DNA of 32,000 nucleotides from Methanococcus maripaludis (GCF_002945325.1 NZ_CP026606.1:420001-452000), one strand, 5' to 3'; counted from the stretch's first letter, positions 16,978 through 26,562 are shown. Notes: generated by a model not told the origin, from the letters alone. Numbers and translations are program-made.

Positions 16978-18564
16978 TATGATGTATAAAAAGTCCTTAA
17001 AAATAGGATCCGTAATGTTAATAATGTTATTCTCAATTATGGGAAATTATGCATACACATTTTACGAAGATGTCGATGATTATGTTATTGATATATTGCT
17101 CGATTCTGCAGCAATGGGTTGGAATACGATTGAAAGAGAGGGAATTTCCTTTAAACACCCTTCAAGATTTGTGCTAATTGGAAGTATGAATCCAGAAGAA
17201 GGTGAGTTAAGACCCCAGTTACTTGATAGATTCGGACTTTACGTGGAAATAGAATCCCTCTTTGAAGCAGATGACAGGCTTGAGGTTTTAAAAAGAGTCG
17301 AAAAATTCCAAAAAGACCCATTTTCATTTTATGAAACGTATGCGTCAATCGAAGAAAATTTAACAGAATCGATAAAACTTGCGAAAAAAATTCTGAATGA
17401 TGTAACAATTTCAGAAGAACTATTAAAAATGTTAATTGATTCCATAATTCATTTAGGGATAAAAACGCATCGTGCAGAAATAACCACGATAAAAACTGCG
17501 AAAACCATTGCAGCACTTGATGGACGTATGGAAGTTAGTTTGGAGGATTTAAAAACAGCAATGGATCTTGCACTCATCCACAGATTATCTAATCCAAACA
17601 GTAATCCGCCATCACAGTCCATGGAAAATGAAAATAACGAAGAAATGGAAGACGAATCTAAAAAAAAACGGAAACAGATCCGCCAACTAGTCCCCCATCA
17701 CCACCATTAGATGAAAAAGATAACAATGATGGAAATAAAACGGATTTCGAAGAAAAAAACCACAACTTTAAAGAATTAAATTTCAAAACTGAAAATTTTG
17801 ATAAAAAAATAATTTCCAAAAATTCTGAAATGGAAAAAAAATGTTTTGAAAATCATGGTGGATCTAAAAAAGTAAGGGTATCTGAAATAGGCTCCAAAAG
17901 GGGGTACCCAATATCTTATACAGCAGTATCAAAACCCGAACACTACGAAGATATAGATATAATTTCCACAATAAACAGCGCAATTCTAAATCAGAAACCA
18001 TACAAACTTTTACAAAGTGATTTCAAGGTAAAAATTCGAAAAAACAGGATTCCTAAACTTTCAGTAATCCTTCTTGATTCGAGCGGGAGTATGGGAATCT
18101 CCAAAAGAATCGGGATTGCCAAGGGAATCGTGGACCGTTACGCTGATGATTCCTACGTAAAAAGAGAATATATCTCAGTGATATCTTTTAGGGGGCGTGA
18201 AGCTATAGTATTGTCCCCATTTACAAGAAAATATAATTTAATTAAGGCTCAGTTGGACTCCATAAAAACAGGAGGTAAAACTCCACTTTCTTCAGCACTT
18301 AAAGCTGCATTAAACATTTCAAAACAGTTTAGGAATAAAAACAAAAAATCTTCAGTTGAATTTATACTGATAAGTGATGGAAAAGCGAATGTTCCCATTA
18401 AAAAAGACATAAAATACGAAATCGAAGAACTTTCAAAAACCATTCAAAAAAGGAAAATTTCATTTAAAATATATGATATCCGGAATAAAGGGGTAATCGA
18501 TCCATCTATATCCTATTTGGACAAGATATCAGAAATTACGAATGCTGAAATGGAAAATATATAA
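16970..18564 (+). pseudogene. Truncated and frameshifted ChlI-VWA (ChlD-like) chelatase-type gene with a foreign hydrophobic N-terminus
   Basis: ORF 16970-17710 starts MSDMMYKKSLKIGSVMLIMLFSIMG and joins ChlI-like LLDSAAMGWNTIEREGISFKHPSRFVLIGSMNPEEGELRPQLLDRFG without Walker A; ORF 17830-18564 encodes a VWA domain (LLDSSGSM). The -1 frame is open from the A9 tract (17660-17668) to 18564. Confidence 0.72.
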
Positions 18565-18661
18565 TTAATACGGAATTTTTACTACTTTTTTAGAAAAATT
18601 ATAGTTTTTTTAGTATGATTGCAATTACCATATTTAAAAAATATTAAAATTAATTTTGGAA

Positions 18662-19618
18662 TCAGCCAAGCAATAAAAACGCCCCGATTATTAATATATC
18701 GATGGCAAATGTAATACTTGCATTTATCATGACGATTTTAGTTCCCAATTTCGGCCCGAATAATGAAACATGCAATGGAAGAGAGTGTTTTGCATATCTT
18801 GTTGAAAGTGATATAACATTTGCAAAGATTAATCCAATTATCACGTCTTTTGAACTCAAAACCCCTTTTTCCAAAAGCCCACTTCCCATTACCATTGCTG
18901 CCTGAACATTGATTAAATCTGTGAGAATTAAAATTCCAACACTCGGATCAAGATTCAAATATCCTGTAACGGGATTTATAATCAGTTTTATGACTTCAAA
19001 AACTCCTAAATTTGAGAAATAGATGACAATAAACATTGTGACAAACATTATGGGAAGGATTCGTTTTGAAACCCTTAAAGTACTCTCAAACGATTTTTTC
19101 ATGCTTTTTTTAATATTCTTTTGTTCTTCATTTTTTGGTTCATATTCTACCGTATTTTTCGAGACTAGCGCTAAATAACATAAACCAATAATTGTTTTTA
19201 CCATTGCAACCCCCGACCGGATTAAAATATATATAACGCCAGTCATTCCGAGTAGGGGTATTGCAATTGGTATAAAAAATGTAAATGTGTGTGAAAATAT
19301 TGAGGGAAATGAATTTGCAAGGGAGCTTCCAATGAGTTCTTTTTCGTTGACTTTTTTATCATTATATCCTTCAGCAAGTATTGAATAGCCCACAGTAGGG
19401 CTAAAAAAACATGAAAGTATTGAATATAATGAAAGCTGATTCATTTTTAGATGTTTTGTAAAAGGATATAAAAAATTACTTACTTTTTTCATTATTCCAG
19501 TATTTATCAGGCAGTTCATGATAAACATTGTAAGAAGAACCACTGATGATAGTTTTATTGTATACAGCGCCGCACTTAATAGAGAATTGCCCAATATTGA
19601 AAAATCAAAAATGTTCAC
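18662..19618 (-). CDS. Nucleoside recognition (Gate) domain membrane protein
   Basis: 318 aa multi-pass protein; SSVVLLTMFIMNCLINTGIMKKVSNFLYPFTKHL...SCFFSPTVGYSILAEGY. Confidence 0.75.
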   Translation of the reverse strand: MNIFDFSILGNSLLSAALYTIKLSSVVLLTMFIMNCLINTGIMKKVSNFLYPFTKHLKMNQLSLYSILSCFFSPTVGYSILAEGYNDKKVNEKELIGSSLANSFPSIFSHTFTFFIPIAIPLLGMTGVIYILIRSGVAMVKTIIGLCYLALVSKNTVEYEPKNEEQKNIKKSMKKSFESTLRVSKRILPIMFVTMFIVIYFSNLGVFEVIKLIINPVTGYLNLDPSVGILILTDLINVQAAMVMGSGLLEKGVLSSKDVIIGLIFANVISLSTRYAKHSLPLHVSLFGPKLGTKIVMINASITFAIDILIIGAFLLLG

Positions 19619-19713
19619 TGAACCACCATAGTTAATATAAAGTAATAAAAAATATAATATCTTATTATTTAAAGTCTTTTAAAAATAAAAATAATATTTT
19701 AAATCGTAAAAAT

Positions 19714-20889
19714 TTGATTCGAATACCTAAAACAATAACTCGTTGTGATATATTGCTAAAAACAGAAAACTTAACTGTTGGATATAACGATTATGTGGTT
19801 GTTGAAAATGCAAATCTCGAAATAAAAGAGGGCGAAATATTATGCATAATCGGTCCAAACGGGGTTGGCAAATCAACACTTCTAAAAACTATTGCAACAT
19901 ATTTAAAGCCAAAAACAGGCGTAGTTTATTTAAACGCTGAAAAAATTCATGAATTAAAGCCAAAAGAACTTGCAAAAGAAATGGCAGTTGTATTAACTGA
20001 TCGGGTTAATCCTGGAAATATGACTGGTTTTGATATAATTGCAATTGGAAGGCATCCATATACTGATCTTTTTGGCAGATTATCTGATGAAGATAAATTA
20101 ATTGTTACAAATGCTGCAATATCAGTAAATGCTGAACATCTTCTTTCAAAAAATTTCTTTGAGATGAGTGATGGTGAAAAACAAAAAATTATGATTGCAA
20201 GAGCAATTGCACAAGAGCCAAATGTACTGATACTGGATGAACCGACCAGTTTTTTGGATGCAAAACATAAAATTGAGTTAACTCTTCTTTTAAGAAAACT
20301 GGCCACTGAAAAAAATCTTGCGATAATTGTAACTTTGCACGATATAGAATTGGGTTTAAGAATAGCGGATAAAATGGCACTCATTAAAGACCATAATATA
20401 ATCGCTTATGGGTACCCTGAAGAGATAATGGATAAAAAAACAGTCAATTCGCTTTATGATTTGAAAAACGCCAATTATAGTAATTTAATTGGATATTTTG
20501 AGTTAAAAAATGAATTTAACGATAAAAAAAATGGAAATAAAAAAGTATTTGTAAACTGCGGGGGAGGAAGTGGTTCTGGAGTATTAAGATATTTGGTAAA
20601 AAATGGGTATGACATTACTGTTGGAATCTTGCAAAAAAACGACATTGACTATGCAGTAGCAGAATCTATGGAATTAGATATTATTTGCGAAGAAGCATTC
20701 TGTAAAATTTCAAATGAAAAATTGGATGAAGCATTTAAGGAACTAGAATCCGCAGATGTATTTATAAACACGAACTACCCTGTTGGCGACATGAATATTT
20801 TAAATTTAAATCTCGTGGAACAAGCTCAAAAATTGGGTAAAACAGTCATCAACTATGATGGAAATATTCAATGTTTAAAAGACATTTAG
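19714..20889 (+). CDS. ABC transporter ATP-binding protein (cobalamin/Fe-siderophore type) with extra C-terminal Rossmann-like domain
   Basis: GPNGVGKSTLLKTIATYLKP, MSDGEKQKIMIARAIAQEP, VLILDEPTSFLD; C-terminal ~130 aa VFVNCGGGSGSGVLRYLVKNGYDITVGIL... Real start possibly TTG at 19753. Confidence 0.92.
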   Translation: MIRIPKTITRCDILLKTENLTVGYNDYVVVENANLEIKEGEILCIIGPNGVGKSTLLKTIATYLKPKTGVVYLNAEKIHELKPKELAKEMAVVLTDRVNPGNMTGFDIIAIGRHPYTDLFGRLSDEDKLIVTNAAISVNAEHLLSKNFFEMSDGEKQKIMIARAIAQEPNVLILDEPTSFLDAKHKIELTLLLRKLATEKNLAIIVTLHDIELGLRIADKMALIKDHNIIAYGYPEEIMDKKTVNSLYDLKNANYSNLIGYFELKNEFNDKKNGNKKVFVNCGGGSGSGVLRYLVKNGYDITVGILQKNDIDYAVAESMELDIICEEAFCKISNEKLDEAFKELESADVFINTNYPVGDMNILNLNLVEQAQKLGKTVINYDGNIQCLKDI

Positions 20890-20952
20890 AACCATATTAA
20901 CAAAGAATTATTTTTTTCATTTATTAATTTTTATACCATTTTTTAATCGTAC

Positions 20953-20970
20953 TTATCTTTATAAAGATAA
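20953..20970. promoter_or_regulatory. Perfect 18-bp palindrome in the promoter region of the binding-protein gene
   Basis: TTATCTTTATAAAGATAA equals its own reverse complement. Confidence 0.5.
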
Positions 20971-21051
20971 CTTGACAACTTTTAAATAGTACTTGATTAC
21001 TCATACTATTTGATACTATATTTTTAATATTATTATTACGAAGGTGGTAAT

Positions 21052-22323
21052 TTGAAAAAAATAATGGCGCTATTAATGCTTGCTATGATTGCATTTATGC
21101 CGTCAATCTCCGCCCAAGCTATTGGAGACGTTAACGGAGACGACAGCATCAGTATTGCAGACGTAGTTTATCTTTTTAAACACAGAAATGTCGGATTAGA
21201 TGTCGGGGATTTAAACTGTGACAATTCCGTAAACGTTGTTGATGTAGTTTATTTGTTTAAAAATTACGATACTTTTAGGGATCCAGTCGTATTTGCAGAA
21301 ACTTTTGAAATGGACCCTAACTGGGATAATGGTTACTGTTATGTCAAAGATTCAGTAGGTAATGAATTTGTTTTATTAAAAGAAGGAGCAACCGATCCTC
21401 AAATTGAAGGAGCAACTGTGATAACTGCCCCCATAAACAGTCTTGCATGTACCCAATATTCACCAGTGCTTTCAACTGCAGATGTTTTGAATAATGCTGA
21501 CGTATATGACACGATTGATGGAATTGGAAACTGGGATACAACGAATTCGGAAGAAATCTATTCACGCTATTTAAATAATGAAACAATTACTGTGGGCGGC
21601 ATAACGGATATAGATTACGATAAAATCGCTATTTTAAATCCTGATGTGGTATTTTTAGGTAGCTGGGATGATCATGATGTTGCAGAAAATAAATTGGAAA
21701 CTGAACTTGGAATAGATGTAGCCCGATTTTATACTTACGATGAAAAAACATACCTTGGAAGAATCGAATGGGCTAAATTCGTTGCTGCATTCTGGGGCGA
21801 TTCAAATTCAGATGCAATTGAACAGTATTTCCAAGATGCGTGGCATAAAAGAAATGAATTAATTAGGACTGCATCTACGGCAGATGACTATCCAACAGTG
21901 GTATATGTTATGCCTGTAGATTACGGAGGATTAACTTACTACCTTTACGGTTCTCAAAACTATAACAATAAAATGATTACCGAATTTGGTGGAGAAAATA
22001 TATTTAACGACATTCCTGGATCTAGCAGTCTTATTATTGATGCAGAAACATTCTACGAAAGAGCTGCAAGTGCAGACGTTGTTATTTATATGGGAATGGA
22101 ATATTACGGAATAGAATCTAGAGATGATTTATTGCAGTACGATCCAAATCTTGCAAGTTTTGAATCACTTTCTAACGGAAAATTATACATTCCTGTTACA
22201 TCTTATTATCTAGATGAAGCAAAAGATCCGGCAAATTACATGGAAGACTTTGCAAGAATGATCCATCCTGAATTATATTCCGGAGGAGATTCTAGCTTAA
22301 CTTATTTCAATAAAATCGAATAA
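21052..22323 (+). CDS. ABC transporter substrate-binding protein (BtuF/FepB-like) with N-terminal dockerin type I domain
   Basis: Signal peptide, duplicated Ca-binding motifs DVNGDDSISIADVVYLFKH and DLNCDNSVNVVDVVYLFKN, then periplasmic-binding fold (VVFLGSWDDHDVAENKLETELGIDVARFYT...). Confidence 0.88.
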   Translation: MKKIMALLMLAMIAFMPSISAQAIGDVNGDDSISIADVVYLFKHRNVGLDVGDLNCDNSVNVVDVVYLFKNYDTFRDPVVFAETFEMDPNWDNGYCYVKDSVGNEFVLLKEGATDPQIEGATVITAPINSLACTQYSPVLSTADVLNNADVYDTIDGIGNWDTTNSEEIYSRYLNNETITVGGITDIDYDKIAILNPDVVFLGSWDDHDVAENKLETELGIDVARFYTYDEKTYLGRIEWAKFVAAFWGDSNSDAIEQYFQDAWHKRNELIRTASTADDYPTVVYVMPVDYGGLTYYLYGSQNYNNKMITEFGGENIFNDIPGSSSLIIDAETFYERAASADVVIYMGMEYYGIESRDDLLQYDPNLASFESLSNGKLYIPVTSYYLDEAKDPANYMEDFARMIHPELYSGGDSSLTYFNKIE

Positions 22324-22589
22324 TTAATTTTTTAATATACTCTTTTTTATGTTGAATAAAATTTTATATTTCTAAAAATTAAACTCTCAAAAATTTTCAA
22401 CATCAAGCTGCCTTTTGTATTTAACTTTTTTAAAAAAGACTAAAATTTTTTAATATTTTTAATCAGTTTAATTATTTTATATTCTGTTTTTTAAAATTTA
22501 AAAAAAGAGAAAAAGAATTTCAAAAATTAATATTTAAGTCGGATTAATTTGGAAGTTTGATTCAAGTTTGAACTGGCGAAAAAGAAAAA

Positions 22590-23138
22590 TTAATCATTTG
22601 TTTTTCTCTGCATTACTGTAGACTGAATCTTTTCCATCCAATCAGGAATTTTAACTCCCTCCGCAGGATAAAACTCCCCAACATGCGGTTTGATATCGAG
22701 GACTGGGCTGCCGTCGATGGCATCGAGACCTGTGACATGTAATGTTGTGCCTTCCTTTCCAACTAGGCGGACAACAGTTGTGAGAATCGGATTCGGACGA
22801 GCAGGACTGCAGGTGGAGAAGAGTCCCACTAGCGGGTATTCGGGATTTCCCATCGGGTGGACTTTTTTGATATCACGGGCTTTTCGAGGGACATCATGGG
22901 CCCAGTAGATGATCTTGATATGGGAATATTCCTCTATTCCTTCGAGATGTTCTGCGAGGTCCCTGTTAAGGACGACATCAGAAATCGTCTTTTCGGTTTT
23001 TCGAACCTCATCAATAGTCGGAGCGATGTCGTCTCGCATCTTGATGCCTGTTTCATCGGCAATAAGAAAAGGCTGCTTAGTAATACTGCGGACCACACCA
23101 ATCGGGTGCAAGGTGATATCATTAAATTGTGTATCCAT
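22590..23138 (-). CDS. TrmO/YaeB-like tRNA methyltransferase (UPF0066 family)
   Basis: LHPIGVVRS..., IKIIYWAHDV, GLFSTCSPARPNPI, HVTGLDAIDGSPVLDIKPH. Confidence 0.88.
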   Translation of the reverse strand: MDTQFNDITLHPIGVVRSITKQPFLIADETGIKMRDDIAPTIDEVRKTEKTISDVVLNRDLAEHLEGIEEYSHIKIIYWAHDVPRKARDIKKVHPMGNPEYPLVGLFSTCSPARPNPILTTVVRLVGKEGTTLHVTGLDAIDGSPVLDIKPHVGEFYPAEGVKIPDWMEKIQSTVMQRKTND

Positions 23139-23371
23139 AATTAGCCTCCTTTTCCCATAAATTTGATAATAAATACTTTATTTTTGTTTTTAGCAGGTAT
23201 TTATTGCTTATTTAACATAATTATCGGCGGAGAATTATATATGTTTTTTGATTTGTTTCAACATTTTCAACCAAGAATATCGATTTTAATCATTTTCAGT
23301 ATGTTTTTTAGTTGGAAGAAACGTCCTGTTAGGCCATATTTCGGAGTGGTAATTAAATTAGCAATTTCCAT

Positions 23372-23416
23372 ATTTTGTCAGATTAACTGCGTTAGATTAA
23401 TTATTTGGAAAAGAAG
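23372..23416 (+). repeat. 45-bp direct repeat, left copy
   Basis: attttgtcagattaactgcgttagattaattatttggaaaagaag; 40 of 45 positions identical to 27604-27648. Confidence 0.7.
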
Positions 23417-23487
23417 AAGTTAAGAACAGTTGATTGATTGAATATTCAAAAATGGGGGTAAGTATATATTTATTTTTCACGAAAAAA

Positions 23488-24759
23488 CTATATATCTAAA
23501 TCAATAAACTTCCAGAAAGGAACGGCTTTAACCAGTATACCATCTTCGGTTATTTCTTTCTCTAAATCAAATGTTATCAGATATAATTCATTGCATTTTA
23601 TTTTCTTCCCGATTTTAACGAGTTTTTTAATTTCCCTATCGTAATTTTCAAAATTCAAACTGTAACAGACGTTTATTAATTTTGAAACATGTTCATTTTG
23701 TTTAACTAAAAAGTCAACTTCACCGATGTCGTCTTCATAGTAAAAGAGTTCTTGATTTTCAACTAATCCTCTTCTTCTTAATTCAATAAAAACTGCATTT
23801 TCAAGGTATTTTCCAATATCGCTTGAATTTTTAAAGTCGTACATTTTTATAAAGCCATTATCGATCACGTATGACTTCATCAAACTTAAACTGCTTTCTT
23901 TTAAACTGTAAGCGTATTTTTTTAACGGAAATATCACGTAAGAATCATTTAAATGGCTCAAATATTCGTATAGGGTGTTTTTACTTACACTAACGCCCAT
24001 AGATTTAAAGTGATTTGCAAGTTTATTGATAGAAACTTTTTTCGTGTTTGAATTGATTAAAAATTTTAAAAATAACCTCAATGAATCGGTATTTTTCACA
24101 TTGTACCTTTCAATAATGTCTTTATAAACTACCATATCAAGATAGTTTTTCAAAATATCTTCACGATTTTCTTCTTCGAGTACAATTTCTGGAAATCCGC
24201 CATAATTTAAGTAATTTTCCAGGTTATTTAATAAATTAGCATGTTCTTGTTCAGTTAAAATATCTGTTAACGTTATATTCTTAAAATCAAGGTATTCTTT
24301 GAAAGATAAGGGAAATACTTCAACACTTAAACTTCTTCCTCGAAGTTGTGTTGCAATCTCTTTTGAAAGTAATTTTGAAGATGATCCGGTCAAATAAACT
24401 TTATAATCTTCTTTTTCAACCAATCTCTTTATAACAAGTTCAAAGTTTTCAATTTCCTGAATTTCGTCAAAAAAGAACGTTATTTTTTTATCAGGGTAAA
24501 TTTCTTTTGAAACTTTTACAATTTCCCGCAATGTGTCGAGAGTTACTGGAAATACCCTATCATCATCAAGTGGAAAGAATATTGCATTTTCAGTTTCTTT
24601 GAATAATTTCATCAATATGGATGTTTTTCCAGATCTCCTTATTCCTACAACTGCAAGAGCTTTGTTTGTTTCAGGTAGGATTACACTTCTTTCATTTAAT
24701 GATATTTCTCTTTGTTCATATTCTTTAATTATTGATTTTATGATATCTCGAAGTTCCAT
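23488..24759 (-). CDS. AAA family ATPase with DUF4143 domain
   Basis: GIRRSGKTSILMKLF, ITFFFDEIQEIENFE, VYLTGSSSKLLSKEIATQLRGRSLSVEVFPLSFKEYL. Confidence 0.93.
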   Translation of the reverse strand: MELRDIIKSIIKEYEQREISLNERSVILPETNKALAVVGIRRSGKTSILMKLFKETENAIFFPLDDDRVFPVTLDTLREIVKVSKEIYPDKKITFFFDEIQEIENFELVIKRLVEKEDYKVYLTGSSSKLLSKEIATQLRGRSLSVEVFPLSFKEYLDFKNITLTDILTEQEHANLLNNLENYLNYGGFPEIVLEEENREDILKNYLDMVVYKDIIERYNVKNTDSLRLFLKFLINSNTKKVSINKLANHFKSMGVSVSKNTLYEYLSHLNDSYVIFPLKKYAYSLKESSLSLMKSYVIDNGFIKMYDFKNSSDIGKYLENAVFIELRRRGLVENQELFYYEDDIGEVDFLVKQNEHVSKLINVCYSLNFENYDREIKKLVKIGKKIKCNELYLITFDLEKEITEDGILVKAVPFWKFIDLDI

Positions 24760-24967
24760 ATTTTCTCACCCAAATATTTACCTAATCATGAGTAAATAAA
24801 ATACAATTATTTACTTATCTATAGGTAAAGGTATTTAAATGTTTTAGAAATTGGCGATATTTGAACTATCAATACACTAAAAACAAAGTTTTTTGTGTTA
24901 ATAAATCTTTGATTTATATAATCTATCAAAATGTAATGAATTGATAGAAAATGATAGTTGATAATTT

Positions 24968-26257
24968 ATGAAACTTCCAGAAATTCCAAAATATTCAAAA
25001 GAAAACATTGATATTGCAATTAAATACGTACCAAATCGGGAAATAATTGATATTGTCCAAAAATACAATGAAAAGTATCTTCATTTTAATGAATTAAAAC
25101 ATAAAACACTTCCGATAGATCCAGTTATTATCTGGACAATAATGAAAATGTTTAGAATGAATAATTTAAAATCAATACATTTTGGAAAATGGACATTTAA
25201 TTATTCTTTAATCGATGAATTCATTGAAAAGCTGCATACCCTCGATAAATCGGCATCTGGAAACCTTTCAACTGCACTCGAATCTATTCCAAGTGAAAAA
25301 GAACGATATATTATAGACTCATTGATGGAAGAAGCAATTGCTTCAAGCCAGATTGAAGGGGCAGTAACTACGAGAAAAGTAGCGAAGGAAATGCTAAAAA
25401 AAGGCCAAAAACCAAAAAATAAAGATCAAAAAATGATCCTTAATAATTACAATACGATGAAATACATCCTTGAAATAAAAAATAAAGAATTTTCTATTTC
25501 TGAAATATTAAAAATTCATAAAATTATCACTGATGGAACGCTTGAAGATCCCGAATTTGTTGGAAAATTTAGAAAAAACAATGAAATTGCAGTTTATTCT
25601 ACTGATGGAACACTGCTTCACGAACCTCCAAAATACGAGCTGGTTGAATCATTAATGAATAATTTATGTGAATTTTCAAATTCAAAAGACAAATTCATCC
25701 ATCCAATAATAAAGGGAATCATAATCCACTTTTTAATTGGCTATATTCACCCATTCAACGATGGAAACGGCATAACTGCAAGATCCCTATTTTACTGGTA
25801 CCTTTTAAAGAACGATTACTGGTTATTTGAATATATGGCAATTTCAAGAGTAATTAATGGATCAAAAGGACAGTATCGGGACGCTTATTTAAAAACGGAA
25901 TCAGATACTTTTTATAAAGACGATAAAGGAGATTTAACATATTTTATAAAATACAACCTGGAATGCATCTGCAGATCCCTTGATGAAATATTGGATTATT
26001 TAAGTAAAAAACAGGTTGAACAAAAAGAAGTTCTAAATCTTATAAATAAATCAGAAGATCTTAATTTGCGTCAGGCCGAGATTTTAAAAGAGATTTTAAA
26101 GACTCCTGAAAACATAATTACAATTAAAGAAATCGTTACAACATATAACGTAGCTTACGCAACCGGAAGGGCAGATTTAAACCATCTTGTGGAATTAGGA
26201 TATCTGGAAAAGAAAAAAGCTGGAAAAGAATTTGTGTATGTTTTGAATAAAAAGTGA
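24968..26257 (+). CDS. Fic family protein with C-terminal wHTH
   Basis: Fic_N-like region, ASSQIEG inhibitory-like motif, IGYIHPFNDGNGITARSLFYWYLLK Fic motif, C-terminal helix-turn-helix. Confidence 0.93.
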   Translation: MKLPEIPKYSKENIDIAIKYVPNREIIDIVQKYNEKYLHFNELKHKTLPIDPVIIWTIMKMFRMNNLKSIHFGKWTFNYSLIDEFIEKLHTLDKSASGNLSTALESIPSEKERYIIDSLMEEAIASSQIEGAVTTRKVAKEMLKKGQKPKNKDQKMILNNYNTMKYILEIKNKEFSISEILKIHKIITDGTLEDPEFVGKFRKNNEIAVYSTDGTLLHEPPKYELVESLMNNLCEFSNSKDKFIHPIIKGIIIHFLIGYIHPFNDGNGITARSLFYWYLLKNDYWLFEYMAISRVINGSKGQYRDAYLKTESDTFYKDDKGDLTYFIKYNLECICRSLDEILDYLSKKQVEQKEVLNLINKSEDLNLRQAEILKEILKTPENIITIKEIVTTYNVAYATGRADLNHLVELGYLEKKKAGKEFVYVLNKK

Positions 26258-26562
26258 ATTTTACTAGTTGATATTAAATTTTGAAAAGGTTTGGGATTAG
26301 ATATTTACCTGCCAGCAGGCAAATTAAATGGTTCTATCAGGGAATATTTTAAAAATTAGAAATTAAAGACTTTTGATTAATCGAATATTCAAAAATTGAT
26401 TAAAAATAGTTTGATTTTCCCCCAAATTTGATTGGATACCGTGTGTTTTGAAAACAGTTTTTAATAGTTTAAAAATAAACCAGACGTTAACTTTATAAAT
26501 TAAGTATTTTCAAGATATGCTGGTAAGAAGATGTCAAATTTTGTTTGATACATATAGACACG

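Noticed and set aside
17698-17712. C-terminal HHHH resembling an engineered His tag
   Set aside because: It comes from reading CCC CAT CAC CAC CAT out of frame after the A9 tract; the alternative frame gives a natural SPPSPPLDE linker.
22690-23160. Plus-strand ORFs (22690-22908, 22857-23144, 22909-23160) opposite the TrmO-like gene
   Set aside because: Long antisense ORFs are expected in this G+C-rich block, where stop codons are rarer; the minus-strand protein has clear family motifs.
23163-23423. 86-aa ORF MIINTLFLFLAGIYCLFN...
   Set aside because: No Shine-Dalgarno, overlaps the left 45-bp direct repeat, and has no recognised family; possibly part of a degraded gene but not supportable as a CDS.
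26306-26324. Short GC-rich near-palindrome CCTGCCAGCAGGCA downstream of the Fic gene
   Set aside because: Competing tiny stems with 2-4 nt loops; too short to call a terminator or operator without conservation.
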